From the human T2T-CHM13v2.0 reference genome, Homo sapiens, in assembly GCF_009914755.1 (NCBI RefSeq), contig NC_060941.1: a stretch of 64,000 nt of DNA. One strand, given 5' to 3'. The translations under genes and the position numbers were made by a program. How positions within the stretch are numbered: position 1 is the stretch's first letter; every line of letters starts with the position of its first letter. Shown piece by piece: positions 45,371 to 64,000 of the stretch. Below the pieces are notes generated by a model. The model did no database searches. It had not been told where the DNA came from and saw nothing but the letters and a program-made list of their open reading frames with translations.

Positions 45371-45630
45371 TTTTCCTTCCTTCCTTCCTTCTTTCCTTCC
45401 TTCCTGCCTTCCCTCCCTCCCTCTTTCTTTCCTTCCTTCCTTCTTTCTTTTTTCTTTCTTTCCTTTCTTTTTCCTTTCATTTTCTTTTTTTCTCTTTCTT
45501 TCTTCATTTTCTTTCTTTCTCTCTCTTTCTCTCTTCCTTTCTTTACCTTCTTTCTTTCCTCTCTTTCTCTTTATCTCTCCCTCTTTCTCTCTTTCTCTCT
45601 CCCTCTTTCTCTCTTTCTCTCTCTCTCTTT
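45371..45630. repeat. Polypyrimidine (CCTT/CTTT/CT)n tract, an expanded Alu tail
   Basis: About 260 nt almost purely C/T on the plus strand. Confidence 0.95.
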
Positions 45631-45912
45631 TAGACAGAGTCCTGCTCTGTTGCCCAGGCTGGAGTACAGTGGCACAATCTTGACTCACTATAACCTCTGC
45701 CTCCTCGGTTCAAGTGATTCTCCTGCCTCAGCCTCCCAAGTAGCTGGGATTACAGGCGCCCGCCATCACACCCAGCTAATCTGTGTATTTTTAGTGGAGG
45801 TGGGGCTTCACCATGTTGGCCAGGCTGGTCTCGAACTCCTGACCTCAGGTGATCCACCTGCCTCGGCCTCCCAAAGTGCTGGGATTACAGGCGTGAGCCA
45901 CCGCACCTGGCC

Positions 45913-46165
45913 TTCTTTCTTCCTCTTTTTTCTTTTCTTTTTTCTTCTTTCTCTTTCTTTCTTTCTCTCTTTCTTTTCCTTCCTTCCTTCCTTCCTCCCT
46001 TCCCTCCCTCCCTCCTTCCCTCCCTTCTTTCTTTTCCTTCCTTCCTTCCCTTCCCCCTTCTTCCTTCCTTCTTTTTTCTTTCTCCTTCCTTCCTTCCTCC
46101 CTCCCTCCGTCCCTCCCTCTCTCTCTCTCTTTCTTTCTTTCTTTCCTTCTCTTCTTTCTTTTCTC
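45913..46165. repeat. Second polypyrimidine tract, an expanded Alu tail
   Basis: About 250 nt almost purely C/T on the plus strand. Confidence 0.95.
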
Positions 46166-46992
46166 ATGGTCTCACTCTGTTTCCCAGGCAGGATTGCAGT
46201 GGCACAATCTTGCCTCACTGCAGTCTCAACCTTCCCTGGGCTCAGGTGATCCTCCCACCTAAGCCCCCGAGAATAGCTGGGACTACAGGTGTGTACCACC
46301 ACACCTGGCTAATTTTTGTATTTTTTGTAGAGATGGGGTTTCCCAGGTTGGTCTTGAATTCCTGGGCTCAAGCAGTCTTCCCACCTCAGGCTCCCAAAGT
46401 GCTGGGATTACAGGAGCCACTGTGCCTGGCCTCCTGGCCCCATTTCTGTCACCTGACCTGACCCATGCCACCATCCTTCCTGGGTGGCTGCTTTAACCTG
46501 CTAACTAATCATACTGGTCCCCTCCAAGACATTATCTATATTGGAACCAGAGTGGACTTCCTAAAACACAAATAGAATGGGGGTACGGATCACAGATAAG
46601 GTCCCAAATTCCTCAGCATGCCCCATATGTCCCTCCATGGCTGGCCCCTGATGAAAACTCCAGCCTTAACTCCTTTTTTAAAAAGTTGTAAATATCTTCT
46701 ACAAATGGCCTCAACTCTTAGCCTAACCTCCTTTTGAATTTTTTGTCCCCACTCTTTTGAACTATTTACAGTTTCTCGAATAGCTCCATAACTCTTTTAC
46801 CTTGTGCAGGCTACTCCTTTGGGCTCAAATGCCTCCTTTCCTTGCCTTCCCAATCTTTAGCTGGCTCCTGTCTGTCCTTCACCACTTAACTCAGGAGCCA
46901 CCTCCTACAGGAAGCCTTCCCAGAAGATCTGGTTCCTCCAGTGTATTCTGGTAACACTCCATCTTTGCTCTTTTCATAGCAGTATATGTTGG

Positions 46993-47953
<961 letters not shown>

Positions 47954-48494
47954 ATCTACTCACTTGCCCCTCTCCCCTTTAGACTATGAGCTCCTCAAGC
48001 ACAGGGACCATGTCTTGTTTTTCTTGGCTCGCCACATCTAGCCTAACGCCTGGCAAGAGCACACTCCAATAAAAACCAAATGACTGGATGGCTTAGGCAT
48101 GGCAGGAGGACAGAAGGAACCATGAAGAAAAGTAAACGGGCCAGGTGTGGCGATTACGCCTTTAAGCCCAGCACTTTGGGAGGCTGGGGTGAGTGGATCA
48201 CTTGAGCCTTGGAGTTTTGAGACCAGCCTGGGCAATACAGCAAGACCTCGTCTCTACAAAAAATACAAAAATGAGCCAGGTGTGGTGTTGCGTGTCTGTA
48301 GTACCAGCTACTCGGGGGGTTGAGGTGGGAGAATTGCCTGAGTCTGGGAGGTTGGGGATAAGTGAGCCATGATCGCACCACTACACTATAGCCTGGGTAA
48401 CAAAGTGAGACTCTGGCTGAAAGAAAGAAGGGGCCGGGCACGGTGGCTCACGCCTATAATCCCAGCACTTTAGGAGACCGAGGCAGGTGGATCA

Positions 48495-48935
<441 letters not shown>

Positions 48936-49235
48936 CTACTAAAATTACAAAAAAAATTAGCCAGGCATAGTGGTACATGCCTATAATCCCAGCTACTCAG
49001 GAGGCTGAGGCAGGAGAATCACTTGAACCCAGCAGGCGGAGGTTGCAGCAGTGAGCCAAGATCGCGCCACTGCACTCCAGCCTGGGCGGTAGAGGGAGAC
49101 TCTACCTCAAAATAAATAAATTAATTAAATAAAATAAAGAAAAAAAGAGGCCAGGCATGGTGGCTCTCACCTGTAATTCCAGCAGTTTGGGAGGCCCAGG
49201 TGGGCGGATTGCCTGAGGTTGGGAGTTCAAGATCA

Positions 49236-49428
<193 letters not shown>

Positions 49429-50604
49429 TCAAAATAGAAAAAAAAAAAACTTCAGATAAGCAAATGGACTCTGGTCCTGACAGCTCCCTGTAGCGATGCC
49501 AGGGTCAGTTCAGAGGAGCCTGGCCTTTCTCCTTTCCTTGTGTTTCAGTTTCCACATCTCTTTTTCCTTAGCACACACTCTGCCCGTTAAGGAGATGAAG
49601 TCAGTTCCATTTTGGCCATGAGCTAAAATGCAAGTGATGCATCCAAAGGGTGGAAATTTCCTCTGTGTTCCTACGCCTACAAGAAAGAAGCATTAGCAAC
49701 TTTAGCAACTTAATACTAGGAAGTCTCTCCAACGTTGGTTTTTATAAAATTAAAAATATTTCAGGCCAGAAGCGGTGGCTCACGCCTGTAATCCCAGCAA
49801 TTTGGGAGGCTGAAGTGGGAGGATTGCTTGAGGCCAAGAGTTCCAGACCAACCTAGGCAACCTAGCAAGGCCCTTGTCTCTACAAAAATTCAAAAAAATT
49901 AGCCGGGTATGGTGGCATGCACCTGTGGTCCCAGCTACTCAGGAGACTGAGGTGGGAGTATTGCTTAAGCCTGGGAGGTTAAGGCTGCAGTGAACTGTGA
50001 TCATGGCACTGCCTGGGTGACAGATCAAGACCCTGTCTCAAAAATAAATAAATAAATAAATAAATAAAAATTTCAGTAGCCATGCATGGTGGCACATGCC
50101 TGTAGTCCCAGCTACTCAGGAGGCTGAAGTGGGAGGATCACTTGAGTCCAGGAGTTCAAGGCTGCAGTGTGCTATGATCATGCCTGTGAACAACCATTGC
50201 ACTCCAGCCTGGGTAACATAACAAGACTCCATCTCTACACCAAGTTTAAAAACTAATGCAAAATAAAAATATTTCACTGACAAAGTTTGTATATATTCAA
50301 GGTGTACATTGTGATGATCTATGTATAAGTCGTGTAATGATTATCACAAATTAACACATTCACCACCACCTACGCTGTACATTAGATCCCCAGAACTTGT
50401 TTATTTTAAAATAGCAAAATATTATCCCTATGAGATTCTCCCTTTTCTTCTCCTTAACATCTCCCGCTAAAAAAAAAAATTCAGGCCAGGCGTGGTGGCT
50501 CACACCTGTAATCCCAGCACTTTGGGAGGTGGAGGCAGGCAGACCACCTGAGGTCAGGAGTTTGAGACCAGGCTGACCAACATAGAGAAACTCTGTCTCT
50601 ACTA

Positions 50605-50892
<288 letters not shown>

Positions 50893-51118
50893 TTAAATAT
50901 GGGGCCAACTACAGCATGTTTTGTGTGCCGAAGGGAATATCTAGAAGAGGAGAAACTCAGCTATGAGAGAGAGGAGAGAATTGAGGAACAAAATGTTTGC
51001 ACTTCCTACATTTCCATGGACAAGAAGTAGCATCTCAGGCCAGGCACTGGGGCTCATGCCTGTAATCTCAGCACTTTGGGAGTCTGAGGCGGAAGGATGG
51101 CTTGAGCCCAGGAGTTCA

Positions 51119-51283
<165 letters not shown>

Positions 51284-51574
51284 CTATACTCCAGCTTGGG
51301 CAACAGAATGAGACCCTGTCTCAAAAAAGAAAAAAAAAAAGGAAGCATTTCTGAGAACAGAGCTAGGTTGGTGGGTAGCAGTGGTGGCAGGAAGATGTAA
51401 TCTTTCTAGATATTTCTGTTCTGACGGCTTCCATTCTCTCAGCTGAATTAATGAGAACACCTGTGGTGGGGATGGCAAAGCCTGGAGGAGGTGTGAAAAG
51501 ACCAGGAGGCTTGAAACTATCCTTTTGGACAGTGGGGGAGCAATAGATTCAGGAGACATTGCAGGCAGTGCTAA

Positions 51575-51835
<261 letters not shown>

Positions 51836-51838
51836 TGA

Positions 51839-52165
<327 letters not shown>

Positions 52166-52236
52166 TGATGTCTACAACAACAACTAGTTGTGTATGTGTT
52201 TTTTTTTTGTAGTTTTTTTGTTTTGTTTTGTTTTGA

Positions 52237-52524
<288 letters not shown>

Positions 52525-52527
52525 TAG

Positions 52528-52848
<321 letters not shown>

Positions 52849-53069
52849 TGAGCCACCACGCCCGGCCTTTGTTCTTAACCAGTCAAATTCAGTGGCCTGG
52901 TTGCAGACACGGAGCAGGCATAGATTCTGGTTTAACCAGGTTAGGGTTTTGCCAACTTGATATCACCCGAGGAGAGAGGGCTCAGAGTGTTGAGGATGTG
53001 TGTGCAAGGCAGCAGGTACAGCGCTGGAGCATGAAACCCAAGCCCAATGAAAAACAGAAAGGGAGGATT

Positions 53070-53260
53070 TGGGCACGTTTAATGGCTATGGAGTTTCAAT
53101 GTGAGATGATGAAAAAGTTCTGGAGATGGACAATGGTGATGGTTGCATAATGATGTGAAGTTAACTGACATTAAATTAATGTCAGTTAATTGTATACTTA
53201 AAAAGGTTAAAATGGCAAATTTTATGTACATTATACCATAATAAGTTTTTCAAATATTAA
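53070..53260 (+). mobile_element. L1MB-type 3' end fragment
   Basis: GATGATGAAAAAGTTCTGGAGATGGA...GGTGATGGTTGCA...ACTTAAAAAGGTTAAAATGGCAAATTTTATG. Confidence 0.8.
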
Positions 53261-53657
53261 AATTGGTTAGGCACAGTGATTCGTGCCTGTAATCTCAGCA
53301 CTTTGGGAGGCCAAGGTGGGCAGATCACTTCAGCCCAGGAGTTTGAGACCAGCCTGGCCAATGTAGTGAAACCCCATCTCTACTAAAAATACAAAAAATA
53401 TCCAGGCATGGTGGCGCATGCCTGTAATCCCAGCTACTCAGGAGGCTGAGGCAGGAGAATCTCCTGAACCCAGGAGGCAGCGTTTGCAGTGAGTGGAGAT
53501 CGTGTCACTGCACTCGGCCTGGGTGACACAGCAAGGCTCTGTCTCAAAAAAATCCCAAAAATAGGCCGGGTGTGGTGGCTCAAGACTGTAATCCCAGCAC
53601 TTTGGGAGGCCGAGGCGGGTGGATCACAAGGTCAGGAGATCGAGACCATCCTGGCTA

Positions 53658-54032
<375 letters not shown>

Positions 54033-54035
54033 TTA

Positions 54036-54179
<144 letters not shown>

Positions 54180-55008
54180 TCAAAAACAAAACCAAAAAAA
54201 ACCCCAAGAATTGTTTTTGAGACAGGGCCTCATTCTATTGCATGTGCTGGAGTTTAGTGCTACAATCATGGCTCACTGCAGCCTGGAACTCCTGGGCTCA
54301 GGCGATCCTCCCATTTTAGGCTTCTAAGTAGCTGGGACTACAGGGTCACGCCATCGTGGTTTGCTCATCATTTTGTATTTTTTGTAGAAATGAGGTTTTG
54401 CCATATTGCCCAGGCTGGTCTTGAACTCCTGAGCTCAAGCCATACACCCGCCTTGGCCTCCCAAAGTGCTGGGATTCCAGGTGTGAGGCACCACGACCAG
54501 CCAATATTAAAATTTAAAAAAATATTGATATCTGGCCCCATCTCAGATAAATCAGAATCTCTGGGGTTGGAGCCTAAACATCAGTATTTTATTTTTTATT
54601 TTTGGAGACAATGTCTCACTCTGTAGCCCAAGCTGGAGTGCAGTGGTGTAATCATAGCTCACTGAAGCCTCGAACTCCTGGGCTCAAATGATCCTCCCAC
54701 CTTAACCTCCCGAGTAGCTAGGACTACAAGAATGCACCATCACACCCAACTAATTCATTTTTTTTTTATTTTTAGAAACAGGGTCTTACTATGTCGCTCA
54801 GGCTGGTCTTGCAATCCTCCCATCTCAGCTTCCTGTGTAGCTGGAATTACAGGCATGAGCTACCACACCCTCAACATCAGTATTTTAATAGACTATGGAA
54901 TTGCTGAATTAGTACATTTTCTTTCACTCATTCATTCAACAAACACATACTGAATGTGCATTATGAGCCAGGCACACCACCAGGCACTAGGGATGCATGA
55001 GTGAATTA

Positions 55009-55197
<189 letters not shown>

Positions 55198-55590
55198 TCA
55201 GGAGGCCAAGGTAGGAGGACTGCCTGAGCCCTGGAAGTCAAGGCTGCAGTGAGCCAAAATTGTACCACTGCACTCCAGCCTGGGCAACAGAGTAAGACCC
55301 TGTCTAATAAATAAATAAATAAAAGGACAGGGTTCCTGCCCTCTTGGAGCTTACAATCACATGAGGAAAGGTGAGCAACAAGCAACAAGCCAGTAAACAA
55401 ATATGATTTAATTACGATTTTTTTTTGAGATGGAGTCTTGCTGTGTGGCCCAGGCTGCAGTGCAATGGCACAATCTCAGCTCACTGCAACCTCCGCCTCC
55501 TGGGTTCAAGTGATTCTCCTGCCTCAGCCTCCTGAGTAGCTGGGACTACAGGCACCCGTCACCATACCCAGCTAATTTTTGTATTTTTAG

Positions 55591-55752
<162 letters not shown>

Positions 55753-55931
55753 TGAACCAAGAAGGGGGATTAGAGATCCACCTTGATCTCCGTTGGAGGC
55801 ATTGGAGATGCCGTGGGATGGGTGGACTTGAGATATTACTGTAGGGAGAAAACACAGGTGGCAGGGTTGGAAATGAGAGGTGAGTGAGAGTGAGAAGCAG
55901 GACGACATCCAGGTTTACAGCTTGAGCACTA

Positions 55932-56397
<466 letters not shown>

Positions 56398-56432
56398 TCA
56401 TCTCAAAATAGTAATAATAATAATATATCTCA

Positions 56433-56771
<339 letters not shown>

Positions 56772-57080
56772 CTACAGGCGCCCGCCAAAACGCCTGGCTA
56801 ATTTTTTTGTATTTTTAGTAGAGACGGGGTTTCACCATGTTAGCCAGGATGGTCTCGATCTCCTGACCTCGTGATCCGCCCGCCTCGGCCTCCCAAAGTG
56901 CTGGGAATATAGGCGTGAGCCACAGCACCCGGCCAAGTGTTGTAAAATGTTTCTTAATTGACTGGGCGTGGTGGCTCACACCTGTAATCCCAGCACTTTG
57001 GGAGGCTGAAACCTGCAGATCATCTGAGTTTGGGAGTTCAAGACCAGCTTGACCAATATGGAGAAACCCCGTCTCAACTA

Positions 57081-57239
<159 letters not shown>

Positions 57240-57848
57240 TCAAAAAAAAAATTTTTTTTTCTTAATTTTTACCTTTTAGACATTCTCCTCTCAATTTTCC
57301 CTTTCTTCGTCTTAACAATTCCACTTGGATCCACCGTTGTCATAGTTATTAAAAGCTTCTCAGACTGTATCTTTTAGCTGTTCTCTCCTGAGCATACCTG
57401 TATTGCCAGTCACCCAATGATCTCAAAACGCTTTGTAGATTACGACCATTATTTATTTTATTCTTCTTATTTTTTTTTTGAGACAGGGTCTCCCTCTGTC
57501 ACCTGCCTTACCCTCCTTAGTAGCTGGGACTACAGGTGGGCACCACCACACCACACCCTGCTAATTTTTGTATTTTTAGTAGAGACTGGGTTTCTCCATG
57601 TTGCCCAGACTGGTCTTGAACTCCTGGGCTCAAGGGATCTGCCCACCTTGGCTTCCCAAAGTGTTGAGATTACAGGTGTGAGCCACTGTGCCCAGTGCCT
57701 TAAAGCTTTATAGAAAAAATAATGGCAGGCCGGGCACAGTGGCTCACACCTGTAATCCCAGCACTTTGGGAGGCCAAGGCAGGCAGGTCACCTGAGGTCA
57801 GGAGTTCGAGACCAGCCTCGCCAATGTGGAGAAACCCCGTCTCTACTA

Positions 57849-58007
<159 letters not shown>

Positions 58008-58971
58008 TCACAAAAAAAGAAAAGAAAAGAAAAGAAAAAATAATGGTCCGGAGCGGTGGCTCACACCTGTAATCCTAGCACTTTGGGAGGCCGAAGTGGG
58101 CAGATCACAAGATCAGGAGTTCGAGATCAGCCTGATCAACATGGTAAAACCCCGTCTCTACTAAAAATACAAAAATTAGCTGGATATGGTGGCAGGCCCC
58201 TGTAATCCCTGCTACTCGGGAGGCTGAGGCAGGAGAATCACTTGAACCTGGGAGGAGGAGCTGCAGTGAGCCGAGATCGCACCACTGCACTCCAGCCTGG
58301 GCAACGCAGTGAGACTCCGTCTTAAAAAAAAAGAAAGAAAGAAAGAAAAAAAATGTCTTAGGGCCCCTTTACAGAGAAAACATGCCACTCCAGCCTGTAG
58401 CTAAGCAGGTGTACCCCTGGTGGACAAGTGACTTACCCAGGACGATCACTGCCGAGGCCAGGATTTGGGAACATTCAAATGTAACTCGGTGGTTTCACAT
58501 TTTACATGAAAGCATACTTCACGGTTTTAATTAGCAAGTGGAATAACTTCTACTTGCTCATGTTGTCAGCCCTACGTGTTGCCATCAACCACAGGGTAAT
58601 TAGTGAGGGAAAGGATCAAGCGGCTTCTGTTGTGACAAAGAGTGCAGCATTTGTAGGTGATCCTTACCTAGGCTGGAAAATCGGGTACTTCCCTTGGTTG
58701 CCATTAGATGTCACTCGAGACAGGCAGGCATTTCCTCAGAGGTGGTTGTAGAACTAACTAACTGTAAAGGAATGCAGTCCTTTGGCTCCAAAAATGGATT
58801 CGACCTTGCTGCCCGGACTCGCCGCACTAGAAGTGCCAGGAAACGTTGTTTGATGGAGCGTGGAGGAAATATCCTGTTGCACCATATGTAATGGAAACCC
58901 TATTTCCCTGGAACCAAAACAGAATTCACGACCCAACAAGACTGCTCTCTCCCTCCCCCGCCAACCCCTAA

Positions 58972-59175
<204 letters not shown>

Positions 59176-59645
59176 TAGTAGAGACGGGGTTTCACCGTTG
59201 TAGCCAGGATGGTCTTGATCTCCTGACCTCGTGATCCGCCGGCCTTGGCCTCCCAAAGTGCTGGGATTACATGCGTGAGCCACTGCGCCCGGCCAACCAC
59301 AAGTTTCAATTCTTTGTGGTTACAAAAGAACAGAAATAATGTTTTCCCATTTACTTAATAAACTCAGAAGCTGCATTTTCTCTGCCTTCTATGAAACATA
59401 TCTTCCCTTTCTACTAGACTCTTTTTTGGTTTTATGGCTCAAGGGCAGAAAGTTGTGGAATTTATTCTCTTTTCACTTCTAAAACATTTTCAGACTTAGA
59501 TTGCTCAGTGGCAAAGTCTGATGTCTTCCTCTCTGGTTAGGATCCTGAATGTATGGACATTTTGTCTTAGGAGCAAAAATGAAATAATGCACACAGTGTG
59601 TTTAGCTCAGAGTCTAACCCTCAGCAAGCTCTTAAATGTAAGCTA

Positions 59646-59897
<252 letters not shown>

Positions 59898-60235
59898 CTA
59901 CAGCCTGGGCAACAGAGCGAGACTCAGTCTCAAATGAAAAAAAAGTAAGCTACTACTACTACTGCTATTATTATTGTATGTCTGGATCATGACAGTAAGA
60001 TAATTGCCAGTTAGAACCTAGAGGAACAAGATTGGTTGCAAGGATGCAAGCCTGCCCCAAGCCCCCACCCCCAAGGCATCTGGGCACCCTGAACCAGGCT
60101 GTCACCGGGAACAACCCCCTCTCCGAGCAATCTGACCACAGGAGAAGGTGAAGTAACGTGGCATAATGAAAACCAATAGTTTTGGTGGTAACAGACACTG
60201 TTTACTGGCTGTGTTTTATATGACAATACAGCTAA

Positions 60236-60448
<213 letters not shown>

Positions 60449-61421
60449 TAGCCAGGATGGTCTTCATCTCCTGAGCTCGTCATCCACCCGCCTCGGCCTC
60501 CCAAAGTGCTGGGATTTACAGGCGTGAGCCACCGTGCCCGGCCTGGGTTTTAATTGGCAACTAGAATGTCCACTCTATTAAGCCTGTCTTTAACCCTTCT
60601 TATTACAAGCAATTAAATTAGGAGGAGAACTAACTCGTACAGAATACTGACTATGTTTTCGGGCCCTGTGCTGGACACTTGGCATAATTTCTCAACTAAC
60701 TTCTGCAAACCTCAGAGTCCTCATCTATAATAATGTAAGGTGTGTGAGAAATAATTGATAATGTCCATTTTCCTGCTTTCTAGAGGCTTGTTTCATTTGC
60801 AAACAGGATAGGAGTGCTTGCATATCAATTCTAATGCTTCTGCTTTTCCAATCCTTTCTCTTTTTTGGCCTAGCTGAGTGTTTTATGAGACTTCACTCAG
60901 TCACAAAGCCCCCGGAAGTTTACCAATACTGCCTCTGTTCTGAGCTCCAAAGAAATCAAGCAACTTGCTTCCAAGTTCTGCTGGCAGCTTCTCTGGGGCT
61001 AACAATCAACCCGTTCCTGAATCTTTGGCCCTGCTCAAGAAATCAAATCTCCATCCTCTCCCAAATTAACATGAGCATTTGGTCTTTAGGAAAATTAAAT
61101 CTCTATAAGTATCCTGAGCTAAGATCAATATAAATACCAGAACTGCCTAGCAACCAGAACGGATTACTCATTCTCTCTGATATTTAGCTGTGTCAGATGG
61201 GGAAAACCTTTTGCTTTATATAGCTGCGCTTACGTACACCCAGGCTGAAGATGAATCAGGGAAGCCGCTCCAAATGCAAGGGAAGTGAAAATAGAGTGAA
61301 AGACAGGAGGGATCCTTCCTGATATTCTGTGCAGAGAAAATTCTTCACCAGATTCCGTCCTGGTTTGGAGGCCATGAAAGGAGGGGCCTGAACCACAGGC
61401 CTCCGTGTAACTGAGGAGTTA

Positions 61422-61803
<382 letters not shown>

Positions 61804-62079
61804 TTAGTTTTAAAGGGACAAAGGCTTAGTGAACATCTTAAAGTACAAACTGTGATGAAAGACAACCACTGTTGCTTTCCCTATTTATTGGAAACCAGAC
61901 AAATTCTAGCTTAGCAAATTCAGGTTAGATCAAGTGGGACTTTTTTGACGTGAGTTAAATACTGGAATGTGTTACTGAGGCTGCAGAATATCTTTCAGTT
62001 GCGGTGATTAGGTACCTGTTTTTTTGGCATAAGGTCGGAGGCAAGGCAGTGAACTCTCTAAGCTCTCTAAATATATTTA

Positions 62080-62283
<204 letters not shown>

Positions 62284-63155
62284 CTAGCTACTTGGGAGGC
62301 TAAAGTAGGAGGATCATTTGAGCCCGGGAGGCGGAGGTTTCAGCGAGCCGAGATCATGTCACTGGACTCCAGCCTGGGTGACAAAGTGAGACCCTGTCTC
62401 GAAAAATAAATAAATAAATAAACATAGTTACCCTATTAACAGTGTGGCACAAATAGCCCTGTTTATCCAATAAACAGGTGTGCCTAGGACTTCAACAAGT
62501 TTAAATTTGTCAAGTCGATCATAGATAAATATAAGATCTGTACATTTTACAGAACAGAAGCTGGACTCCAGCAGCCAGGGGGAGAATGCAGGAAGGAATC
62601 CTTGCTCTTTTCACATAGCCTCTGATCATTGTCTCTTCCACACTGTCCTTGGGACTCTCTAGCAGCTGAAGGCAAAGCTATGTGACCCCAAGTATGTCTG
62701 TCCAGGAGGGAAGAAAAGCATCTAAACCCTAGGGGAATGTCGGCAATGTGGGCTTGGCAAATGGGGAATGCCGGGAATGAGACCACAGTCCACGGTTCAG
62801 ATAGCCCAGTGTGGCTCGCCCCGCCCTGATATCCTTCATGAAAATGAAGCGAGGCGGCTCCTGGAGAGGGGCTCTCTGCTTTGGAAGCTGTAAATTCTGC
62901 TTCTGAATCATATTGCTTTTCTGAGCCCATGTGTCTTAATATAGCTAGAAAGATTTCATCCAGTCTGGCTCAGGCTGCAGAGAACTAAATATGTTGTCAA
63001 AATACTCCCTAAACTCAGGGTCCAACAAGACCACACAGGCAGCTGTCTTTATTATCACACTGTTCTGCCTAATACTTAGCAAAATATTTGTGAGAATGCT
63101 CCCATCGCGGTGCTCTTCAACATGAATTTCCCTTGGAGGTAGTTTTTTAAGTTAA

Positions 63156-63509
<354 letters not shown>

Positions 63510-63644
63510 TAGCCTCCCAAAGTGCTGGGATTACAGGCGTGAGCCACCGCACCTGGCCTTCCAAAATAAATTTTAAACATGGGCCAGGTGCGGTGGCTCA
63601 CGCCTGTAATCCCAACACTTTGGGAGGCCAAGGTGGGTGGATCA

Positions 63645-63947
<303 letters not shown>

Positions 63948-64000
63948 TCAGGAATTCAGGAGTTTATTTCCCAATGTTTTTTTCTTTTTTTGCCCAGGCA

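Noticed and set aside
45279-46302. ORFs of 110-199 aa rich in F/L/S/P or K/E/R/G
   Set aside because: Translations of the polypyrimidine tracts plus Alu.

Overview
Human-type (primate) genomic DNA, roughly half Alu by eye. It contains the 5' end of GRB2 on the minus strand: a CpG-island promoter and non-coding exon 1 (~37709-37900), an ~11.7 kb intron 1, exon 2 (25756-25970, start codon at 25833, encoding [26 protein letters not shown], the start of the N-terminal SH3 domain), and intron 2, which runs off the left edge. About 390 bp upstream of the TSS is a perfect 32-bp inverted repeat that I recognise as the MIR3678 hairpin. The remaining ~25 kb upstream is intergenic and made of Alu, L2, MIR, L1, LTR and DNA-transposon relics, including a solo ERV1-type LTR carrying a U6 retrocopy that itself carries an Alu. 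Almost all ORFs in the supplied track are Alu or low-complexity artefacts. I found no new protein-coding system. The most unusual signals are: three apparent template-switch scars (a fold-back plus templated MIR insertion inside an Alu, the promoter hairpin, and a palindrome in an L1 tail); a duplicated splice acceptor and a PU.1/CCAAT/GC-box module at exon 2; an inverted-Alu arrangement that could circularise the AUG-bearing exon; a near-consensus AluYb8; and a CTCF site with its upstream module. Repeat boundaries and subfamily names are from visual recognition and are approximate.
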